A stretch of 21,770 nucleotides of DNA, from UHGV virus genome UHGV-1845973; one strand, given 5' to 3'. Under the pieces are notes generated by a model, which was not told where the DNA came from, did no database searches, and saw nothing but the letters and a program-made list of their open reading frames with translations. This document shows, in pieces, positions 1 through 6,225 of this stretch; the stretch's first letter is position 1; each line of letters opens with the position of its first letter. The DNA comes from a virus. Made by a program: the position numbers and the translations under genes.

Positions 1-12
1 GGACATACCTCG

Positions 13-969
13 TTAACCGATTGCTTTCAGGCCATGAACAAGAGCAAGTTGCGGGTCATCCGCCACGAAGAAACGGTCATCACGAATATTAACTTGCTCG
101 CGAATTGCATCTGCCACCAGCGGTGCGCCACCACCGATCACCATGACATGCGTATATCCTTTAAAGTCGCCAATCACATCAAGAACGCGGGTACGCAGAC
201 GGTCAATGCTTGCGGCAATGGCCTTTTTCACATCACCAATCGCTGATGGGTCATTGATATTGTCGTTCAGATAATCTTCATCGTGGCGGTTAATAATGAG
301 CTGATCAACATTGTAATTGGACGTTTCGGTATTGGCTCTGGCAAGTGCTTGCCTTACTTCCCTGGTAACCAGAGAGACGCCAAGATTCGAATCGCCAAAA
401 ACACGGGAAACTGCCGTCATTTGCCCGGCGACCATTGAAACATCAAGGGTAGTTCCACCCAAATCGACGATAAGAACAGAATGGGCAGGGTTCAGATTGT
501 CGCACAGGCCAATTCCTGCCGGAATAGACTCCGGTCGTACCGTAACTTTCTTAATCGTGAACACATTGCCTTTATTCAACGTGACGGGGCGCATAAGACT
601 GGATTTCTTGCGCTCGATGTTATCGAGATTGTATTGCGCGTCGTCGTCGTAAAACTCCGCCAGAGGCAGCGTGACCACAATTTCTACTTCCTGCGGCTCA
701 ATGCCACTTGTCAGCAGGGCATGGTGAACAGCCAGGACGTTAAGCGGGCTGTATTGCCATTCCACGTTATTCGTCGGCAGAACATCTGGCGAGATCAAAT
801 CATACGAATACTTTTCGTCGTCAATGACATAGTTAAACGGCTTGCCAGCACAAAATGTTGCTGACCATCCGCGCTTAAAGCTGTTAGGGCTGATGTGAGT
901 GCGAGTTTCCCCGTCGTGCTCCCACAGCATTTTGATATTGGTTGAACCATCATCGATAAAAATGCGCAT
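13..969 (-). CDS. parM: ParM/StbA-family actin-like plasmid segregation ATPase (type II partition)
   Basis: N-terminus MRIFIDDGSTNIK... and C-terminus ...LVHGLKAIG match the ParM family as I recall it (R1 ParM begins MLVFIDDGSTNIK). ATG at 969 is preferred over the GTG at 993 used by the ORF track because GGAG lies 7 nt upstream of it. Stop TAA at 15..13. Confidence 0.85.
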   Translation of the reverse strand: MRIFIDDGSTNIKMLWEHDGETRTHISPNSFKRGWSATFCAGKPFNYVIDDEKYSYDLISPDVLPTNNVEWQYSPLNVLAVHHALLTSGIEPQEVEIVVTLPLAEFYDDDAQYNLDNIERKKSSLMRPVTLNKGNVFTIKKVTVRPESIPAGIGLCDNLNPAHSVLIVDLGGTTLDVSMVAGQMTAVSRVFGDSNLGVSLVTREVRQALARANTETSNYNVDQLIINRHDEDYLNDNINDPSAIGDVKKAIAASIDRLRTRVLDVIGDFKGYTHVMVIGGGAPLVADAIREQVNIRDDRFFVADDPQLALVHGLKAIG

Positions 970-993
970 CTTCTTGCTCCACTTCTGAGACAC

Positions 994-1190
994 ATTTGAG
1001 AATCAAAATGCAATTTTAAAAGAGAAGCACCCAAAAATCCACACCAAAAGAGATAATAAAGAGTGATTATTGAGTTCATTTTGAGAATATCTTAATCACC
1101 CAATGAATGATGGTCTGACAGTGAGATTTATTTGAGGATGAATTGAGAATACAAAAATATTCCGAAATTTTACTCTCAGTTTGAATGACG
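994..1190. repeat. Candidate parC-like centromere/promoter region upstream of parM with TTGAGAAT-like repeats
   Basis: AT-rich intergenic region between divergent parM and the PAAR gene. TTGAGAAT at 996, 1081 and 1143; related 8-mers at 1070 (ttgagttc), 1121 (gtgagatt) and 1132 (ttgaggat). Two clusters show exact 11-bp spacing (1070/1081 and 1121/1132/1143), as in the 11-bp iterons of R1 parC. Confidence 0.4.
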
Positions 1191-1235
1191 AAATAACAAA
1201 GTGATGACAATAGGAGGATAACCAGGAGGTGAAGA

Positions 1236-1520
1236 ATGAGCGCAATAGCCACCAGCGACACCCTTTGTTCTGGTCACGGAGGATTTCCGCCGCGACTGGT
1301 AGCTGAAACTGTTCCCTGGTTCACCGTTAACGGTAAGCCAATTGTTGTAGATGGTGCCATGTTTCCCAGTCACACTGACGGTAACAGTGCACATCCAGGG
1401 GCAGCTGTATCGACGCGAGTATGGTTTTCGATAGGTGGAAAGGGAGTTGTCTGTGTAGGCGATCCGCTTTCTTGTGGTTCTGTTATCGCCAACGGCGAGG
1501 ATATTTTTCAGGTTGCATAA
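1236..1520 (+). CDS. PAAR-domain protein (spike-tip sharpening protein)
   Basis: 94 aa. Contains the three PAAR-type motifs: SDTLCSGHGG, FTVNGKPIVVDG and VGDPLSCGSVIANGEDIF. Strong RBS AGGAGG 7 nt upstream of the ATG. Confidence 0.7.
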   Translation: MSAIATSDTLCSGHGGFPPRLVAETVPWFTVNGKPIVVDGAMFPSHTDGNSAHPGAAVSTRVWFSIGGKGVVCVGDPLSCGSVIANGEDIFQVA

Positions 1521-2326
1521 TGCTTGATTCAATAGGTGAAGTTAAAGCCTTCAAAATTCTGTCAGATGCCGGTATCTCTACACCAGAATCTATAACCATA
1601 AGCCGGGCAGCGTCTGTAAAAGCCTCATCACTCGCCAGCGCCATACAGGGAATAGTTCACGCCGATAAAACCTATCCTGATTCTGTTTCGGCCTGGACTA
1701 CTCAATTGCTTGGCTTTTCTGAACAGCTAAATGAGGCCAGCAAAGCGTCTTCATTACTGGCTGATTCTCTTTCCCCATACACCAAGCCATCAGAGCTGTT
1801 ACAGATGAAGATTGGCTGGGAATGCTACGTAAAAGGTAACGAGCTGACCCCCATACCTGCTTTCGCCCTTGTTGAGGGGATGGGGAATGTTTCCATTCCG
1901 CAATCTCTAACGGACGCATTGACGGCGCTAAAACTTGATGCTCTGAAAACCGCCATGAACGCCATTAACGCAAAAATAGAAGCTGCCGGAAGTGCTGGTG
2001 GTGGTGATAGCAATGGTGGACAGGGTGGTACTGGGGGCGCTCAGGCTCCAGTCATTACTCAGGATGAAATTGATGCTTTACGGGAAGCAGTGACAGCCGC
2101 CGAAGTTTTACTCTCCGAAATTAACTCAGCAAGTGAGAGTGTCGTAGCCCTTACAGGTCGCATTAAAACGTCAACCACTCAGGCAACCAAAGGTTTAGAA
2201 AACGCTGTCGCCATCACGTTAACTGGTTCTCTACTGGATGATGCAGTAATGAGTCCGGCAATCAGTTTAATCATGCCACAAGGCGTTATCGATGCGCTCC
2301 AAAAGAACACCAAAAAGGAACAATAG
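1520..2326 (+). CDS. Hypothetical protein, translationally coupled to the PAAR gene
   Basis: ATG at 1520 overlaps the PAAR stop (TAATG). 268 aa with a Gly-rich linker (AAGSAGGGDSNGGQGGTGGAQAP) separating an N-terminal ~160-aa part from a C-terminal ~90-aa part. No motif recognised. The ORF track start at 1421 overlaps the PAAR gene and is unlikely. Confidence 0.55.
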   Translation: MLDSIGEVKAFKILSDAGISTPESITISRAASVKASSLASAIQGIVHADKTYPDSVSAWTTQLLGFSEQLNEASKASSLLADSLSPYTKPSELLQMKIGWECYVKGNELTPIPAFALVEGMGNVSIPQSLTDALTALKLDALKTAMNAINAKIEAAGSAGGGDSNGGQGGTGGAQAPVITQDEIDALREAVTAAEVLLSEINSASESVVALTGRIKTSTTQATKGLENAVAITLTGSLLDDAVMSPAISLIMPQGVIDALQKNTKKEQ

Positions 2327-2381
2327 CAACACCACTTAGGAACACAAAAGGATGTGAATTGGTACATGTTTAACACCAAAA

Positions 2382-2855
2382 ATGAACCTGAAGAGGATGG
2401 TTTTGAAAAAGATAATTTTGATTGTAATTGCGCTTTTAGCCATTTCTGGAATTTACCGAACAACGACGGCAGTTATCGAACACATCAGGTATGTCCGATC
2501 GCTTGAAGACTCAAAATCACAACTGGAAAGCACGAACAACACGCTTTCTACCGCATTACAGTTAAGTGAGAACGCTCGCTCAGCCATGCTGACCGAAAAC
2601 GAAAGAATTAAAGCACTGGAAAAGGAGTACCAGCGCAAAACAGCAGAACTGAATGCCAACCTAATCAAACAACGAGAGGAAAGCCAGAATGAAATCACTC
2701 GCCTTGAAAATGCGTTACGCCGTGCTGGGATTAACGATGTGCGTGTGCCTGATGACGTTATCAGGATGCAGCGGGAACGGGCAAAAGCCATCAACCAGCG
2801 TGCCAGTGAAAATTACCGTAGAAGCCACCAGCAAGCCGCAGGCAAATCTGATTGA
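2382..2855 (+). CDS. Rz-like i-spanin (type II inner-membrane protein with coiled-coil periplasmic domain)
   Basis: N-terminal basic stretch followed by one hydrophobic TM segment (IILIVIALLAISGIY), then a long charged helical region rich in E/R/K/Q/L. A lipoprotein gene is embedded in the +1 frame, which is the spanin hallmark. The alternative start at 2397 is not excluded. Confidence 0.6.
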   Translation: MNLKRMVLKKIILIVIALLAISGIYRTTTAVIEHIRYVRSLEDSKSQLESTNNTLSTALQLSENARSAMLTENERIKALEKEYQRKTAELNANLIKQREESQNEITRLENALRRAGINDVRVPDDVIRMQRERAKAINQRASENYRRSHQQAAGKSD

Positions 2856-3021
2856 TTACTCCCCTTGTTTAGTGCCAGAGGACACGCCAGTGCTGTTAAA
2901 CAAGTATCCGACATACGCTGAACAGTTATTCAGCACGATCGACGAATGCAACCAACGAAACGCACTGAATAACCAAAAAAACAGGGAGATTTGGGAAGGG
3001 AAGGGGGATCAAGGCTCCTGA
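2689..3021 (+). CDS. Rz1-like o-spanin (outer-membrane lipoprotein), starts inside the Rz gene in another frame
   Basis: Signal peptide with lipobox: MKSLALKMRYAVLGLTMCVCLMTLSG|C. Mature part is Pro/Thr/Ser-rich. RBS GAGAGGA 8 nt upstream of the ATG. It begins within Rz and extends 166 nt beyond the Rz stop. Confidence 0.55.
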   Translation: MKSLALKMRYAVLGLTMCVCLMTLSGCSGNGQKPSTSVPVKITVEATSKPQANLIDYSPCLVPEDTPVLLNKYPTYAEQLFSTIDECNQRNALNNQKNREIWEGKGDQGS

Positions 3022-3467
3022 AGCCAGATGTCCTGGCTGTCAGCTTCTTCGAAACCGTGACAGACGTTAAAGTCACTCAAGCGATACTGACGCTGACGGC
3101 CTCTATTTCGCTCATGCCAATGCATGTATCCACCAGCAAATGCCAGCGGACAATCACTATAGTCTATGTAACCAATACCATTCCCCAAACGTGCTTCGCG
3201 CGCACCGGCTTTCCAGGACAGTAGAAAAGAGTCACGATCCGCCAGCATAACAACAAAATCGTCCGGATCTCCGATACAGTGAAGAATACCTGCCTTACAT
3301 AACTGCTTGAGCGCTTTGGGCTGGCTCAGGATGTCTTCTCCGTAATACTGAAAACAATCATCAACAACAGCGGGATAGCCTGCCGGGGGATTCAGGCTGG
3401 TTGGTATAGCTGACGCGATCGCCAGCATTAAGCGATATTGTGTTTTTGATGGGTTAACGTGACTCAT
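3009..3467 (-). CDS. Hypothetical protein (downstream gene of an unknown two-gene module)
   Basis: 152-aa ORF with ATG start, 16 nt after the stop of the upstream ORF on the same strand. Its 3-prime end overlaps the convergent Rz1 end by 13 nt. No motif recognised with confidence. Confidence 0.5.
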   Translation of the reverse strand: MSHVNPSKTQYRLMLAIASAIPTSLNPPAGYPAVVDDCFQYYGEDILSQPKALKQLCKAGILHCIGDPDDFVVMLADRDSFLLSWKAGAREARLGNGIGYIDYSDCPLAFAGGYMHWHERNRGRQRQYRLSDFNVCHGFEEADSQDIWLQEP

Positions 3468-3483
3468 TTTGTCCCTTGTTTAC

Positions 3484-3918
3484 TCATTGTCGCCATGCAT
3501 TTTTTAACTCAGGAATATCTGCCATTTCAATTAACTTGCGAAGTCCAGCACTGACTTTCCCATTGCCAACCATAGCAAGCCAATCTCTTACAGCTTTCGG
3601 CATGTAGAGCGTTGCAGTTACCGGCTCTTCAACCCTGGCAGGACATCCGCATACAGGCCATTTAATTGACTCCATAACTTCGGATGCCGGGGTGAGGGCG
3701 GGGACATTGAGTATATCTCTACCAGAAAACTGGATAACGATCCGTTCAGCGAGCGAGAGTATCTCACTTTCGGCAAGAATTGATGCCAACTGCGCCTCAA
3801 CAAGAAAGCGACTTGTTGTGTTCAGAGAGTGGCTCTTAGCGCCATTTTTATACGAAACAAAGATTCGATACGCCATAACTCTAATGATTTGTGTTAGAAA
3901 ACTAAAATTAAACCACAT
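3484..3918 (-). CDS. Hypothetical protein with a C-terminal segment resembling a ribbon-helix-helix DNA-binding motif (upstream gene of the module)
   Basis: ORF open from ATG 3918; an alternative ATG at 3876 would give MAYRIFVSY... (131 aa). C-terminal segment TATLYMPKAVRDWLAMVGNGKVSAGLRKLIEMA fits a beta-strand/helix/G-x-G turn/helix pattern. Neither start has a convincing RBS. Confidence 0.5.
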   Translation of the reverse strand: MWFNFSFLTQIIRVMAYRIFVSYKNGAKSHSLNTTSRFLVEAQLASILAESEILSLAERIVIQFSGRDILNVPALTPASEVMESIKWPVCGCPARVEEPVTATLYMPKAVRDWLAMVGNGKVSAGLRKLIEMADIPELKNAWRQ

Positions 3919-4034
3919 AACAACATGTGTGTTAATAGATTTTATTTTACTAAACCTATTGACTAAATCACAAAGTAGGTATTGTTAGTCCGTCAAAAGA
4001 ACCTTCACGCCGCGCCCGAATTTAGGGCTTAACC

Positions 4035-5732
4035 GTGAATAAAAACATTCAGCCAGCTCGTGATCGCGAGCGCGAGATTATGAATCGGGCGGCAAGCGTC
4101 ATGGCTATGACCGTCGATCCGACCACCGATGCAGCAGGCAACATGATTGCTGACCAGGCAGTAATGATGGAAAACCTGGATAAAGCAATCCAGAAAGTGC
4201 CTATGTTTGAAGGCGTAAATCCAGAGGTCGCTCGTCAGATCACTGGTGGGTGGGCTATGTCTCTGCATGAGTATAAACGTCAACATGGTCATTACCCGGC
4301 AAGTGACATCCTGGCGAACGCACACATGGCTCTTGAACGCCTAATGACTGAATGTGCCAGTGATACCCACGAAGGCACGGGTAAGGCAATGTTTGAGTCT
4401 GTCGCGCAATCAATGCGTAGCTCTGACGGCGTAATGAAAGTTGCTCAATATGCTGCTCTAATTCTGCCTGCCTCTCTGGGCGCTGCTACCAGTGATGCCT
4501 GTACTTTTGTTCCTTGTGATCGTGACGAGTCAAATATTTATGAACTGGTCAACGTAGCAGGCACAAAATTCGGCACCTTCAAACAAGGTGACGAACTGAA
4601 TATGCAGTCAGCTGGTGTTTATTCTCAAATGAAGCGCCTGTATACCCTTTCCACTAAAGGGGATGGCAGCACCAAAACCTTCCAGTTCGACATCCAAAAT
4701 TTTGAGGGACAATCCTGCCCGCTTCGCGCTGGTTATAGCAAACTGCTGATCAACCGCAAACCGTCCAAAGTTGACGACGGCGATGGCAACCTTTATTTCA
4801 ATGCTAAAGACAGCAAAGGTAAAGCTTTCTCAGCGACTGCCAAAGTCGCCTATGACACTGGTGTCATTGACATTACATTTACCCAGGCTCCGCCAGAAGG
4901 TACTGAAATTGCTGTTCAGGTCGAAATTAACATCGAGCGCAATCCAAGCCTGATTCCTGTGATCAACCAGGCTATGCGTAAGTACGAAGTTCGTCCGTCC
5001 CAGTACGTAATTGCTTCCGAACACACGGTAATGTCCGCATCCGATTTAAGCCGTGAGCACGGCCTTGAATTAGCGGCACTTCAGTTCTCCGCGATGCGTA
5101 ACTGGATCTCCCATGAAACCGACATCATGCGTCTGCGCACCCTGGTATTCCATACCGTTTATGGTCGTGAATTTGATGTGGCTCTGCCGGAAGCTCAAAA
5201 CTATGAGTCCTGGGTCGGCCTCCTGCGTCACGTAGTAAACGCTCTGTCTCAAGAAATGGCAAATCGTACCCTGACAACGGGTATTCGTGGCGGCTTTGCT
5301 GGTGGTGACGCCGCGAACTTCCTGCGCTCTCTGCCTCCACAGCACTTCCAGATCGCACCAGGTTACGTTCAGTCGCCGTATGTACAGTACATCGGCACCC
5401 TGTTTGGCACGATTCGTATTTACGAAGTGCCGCAACCTGTCTGTGAGCAATTCCAGGCACAGGGATATGACTTCGGGCTGGATGACATCTTCTTCTATGG
5501 GCGTGGCGAAGGCATCGGTAAAGCCGGTCTGATTGCTGGTGATGCAGTCCCAGCAATCCCTTACGTGCACGAAACCAATCCGTCTCTCGTTAACCGTACC
5601 ACTCTCTGGGGCAGTGCCATCAACGAAGTACATCCTCGCAACGGTGAAAACTACTTCACCCGCCTGCGTCTGACTCGCGCCAAAGAAGGTGCTATCGACA
5701 TGCTGACAGGCAAGGTTAACGAAAAAAAGTGA
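4035..5732 (+). CDS. Putative major capsid protein precursor (large head protein)
   Basis: 565-aa ORF with GTG start, the first gene of the long + strand structural operon, immediately upstream of an Ig-like protein gene and the sheath gene. The functional call rests on position and size only. Confidence 0.55.
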   Translation: MNKNIQPARDREREIMNRAASVMAMTVDPTTDAAGNMIADQAVMMENLDKAIQKVPMFEGVNPEVARQITGGWAMSLHEYKRQHGHYPASDILANAHMALERLMTECASDTHEGTGKAMFESVAQSMRSSDGVMKVAQYAALILPASLGAATSDACTFVPCDRDESNIYELVNVAGTKFGTFKQGDELNMQSAGVYSQMKRLYTLSTKGDGSTKTFQFDIQNFEGQSCPLRAGYSKLLINRKPSKVDDGDGNLYFNAKDSKGKAFSATAKVAYDTGVIDITFTQAPPEGTEIAVQVEINIERNPSLIPVINQAMRKYEVRPSQYVIASEHTVMSASDLSREHGLELAALQFSAMRNWISHETDIMRLRTLVFHTVYGREFDVALPEAQNYESWVGLLRHVVNALSQEMANRTLTTGIRGGFAGGDAANFLRSLPPQHFQIAPGYVQSPYVQYIGTLFGTIRIYEVPQPVCEQFQAQGYDFGLDDIFFYGRGEGIGKAGLIAGDAVPAIPYVHETNPSLVNRTTLWGSAINEVHPRNGENYFTRLRLTRAKEGAIDMLTGKVNEKK

Positions 5733-5836
5733 TGGTGGCGAACGTGTCGGTATCACCAACGTCACTTGACGTAGATGAAGGTGAAACTATCGCCGCGAAC
5801 ACTTCAAAGGCACAGAAAAAAACAAAGCAGAAGTAA
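5732..5836 (+). CDS. Small -1 frame ORF (34 aa) overlapping the capsid stop; possible frameshift extension or coupled small gene
   Basis: ATG overlaps the capsid TGA (TGATG). Encodes MVANVSVSPTSLDVDEGETIAANTSKAQKKTKQK; the VSVSPTSLDVDEGETIA part looks like the first beta-strands of a Big_2 domain. An A_AAA_AAG heptamer sits directly before the capsid stop. Confidence 0.3.
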   Translation: MVANVSVSPTSLDVDEGETIAANTSKAQKKTKQK

Positions 5837-5845
5837 GGCAAAAAC

Positions 5846-5866
5846 ACGCCCCTGATTAAGGGGCGT
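5846..5866 (+). terminator. GC-rich hairpin (8-bp stem ACGCCCCT/AGGGGCGT, 5-nt loop) without a U-tract
   Basis: Perfect inverted repeat read directly from the sequence. It is followed immediately by RBS AGGAG and the ATG at 5880, so it is more likely an attenuator or RNA-stability element than a full terminator. Confidence 0.3.
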
Positions 5867-5879
5867 TCAGGAGAAAAGA

Positions 5880-6158
5880 ATGGCAAACATTCAAGTAACT
5901 ATCACGCCATCTGACGCAACAGACAAATCTTTCACTGTTGAGTCAGATCACCCTGAAATTGTCCGGGTTGATGGCACTACATGTACCGCTCTTAAGGCCG
6001 GGCAGGCAGTGCTGACAATCAAAACAAATGACGGCAATAAAACCGCACAGTGCACAGTCACTGTTAGGGAGGCACATAAAAGCGTAAGCACCGTCAGTGT
6101 TGAACCAACTACGAAAGAAGTAACCGTAGGCGATAACTTCACGGTAAGCCAATCCTGA
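5880..6158 (+). CDS. Bacterial Ig-like (Big_2-type) domain protein, candidate capsid decoration protein
   Basis: ITPSDATDKSFTVESDHPEIVRVDGTTCTALKAGQAVLTIKTNDGNKTAQCTVTV matches the Big_2 core pattern. RBS AGGAG 6 nt upstream of the ATG. Confidence 0.65.
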   Translation: MANIQVTITPSDATDKSFTVESDHPEIVRVDGTTCTALKAGQAVLTIKTNDGNKTAQCTVTVREAHKSVSTVSVEPTTKEVTVGDNFTVSQS

Positions 6159-6162
6159 TCAG

Positions 6163-6189
6163 AGGCTGCCCATTAACCGTGGGTAGCCT
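6163..6189 (+). terminator. Hairpin (10-bp stem with one G-U pair, 7-nt loop) followed by a T/C-rich stretch
   Basis: AGGCTGCCCA ttaaccg TGGGTAGCCT followed by tgcctcgttctctcgcttt. Lies between the Ig-like gene and the sheath gene. Confidence 0.3.
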
Positions 6190-6225
6190 TGCCTCGTTCT
6201 CTCGCTTTAGAGGATAAGAACCAGC

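Noticed and set aside
34-864. + strand ORFs (34..246, 317..652, 481..864) overlapping parM
   Set aside because: They lie antisense within a gene that has strong family-level similarity, have no RBS and no recognisable motifs. Typical shadow ORFs.
969-993. N-terminal extension of ParM from the GTG at 993 (MSQKWSKK...)
   Set aside because: The ParM family N-terminus aligns with the ATG at 969 (MRIFIDDGSTNIK), which has a well-spaced GGAG. The extension is probably not translated.
1421-1519. Longer start (1421) for the 1520..2326 ORF as given by the ORF track
   Set aside because: It would overlap the PAAR gene by 100 nt in another frame and encode a Cys/Arg/Trp-rich junk-like peptide. The ATG at 1520 overlapping the PAAR stop is far more plausible.
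3877-3893. Possible P1 C1-repressor operator-like sequence (ATAACTCTAATGATTTG)
   Set aside because: Only about 11 of 17 positions match the operator consensus as I remember it (ATTGCTCTAATAAATTT). Too weak to call without a scan and a verified consensus.
3484-3918. TIR-like reading of the N-terminus MAYRIFVSYKNG in the upstream module protein
   Set aside because: A single short FVSY-type strand motif is insufficient and the protein is short for a TIR domain. Kept only as an untested possibility.
4771-5765. Antisense and alternative-frame ORFs inside the capsid gene (4771..4953, 4830..5024, 5070..5765, 5125..5556, 5287..5532)
   Set aside because: They are embedded within a long, well-supported ORF, are Arg/His/Cys-rich as expected of out-of-frame translation, and have no start context.
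5733-5770. Strong stimulatory hairpin downstream of the A_AAA_AAG slippery site
   Set aside because: I found only a weak 5-bp pairing (GTGAT/ATCAC). The absence of a clear stimulator lowers confidence in efficient programmed frameshifting, though it does not exclude it.
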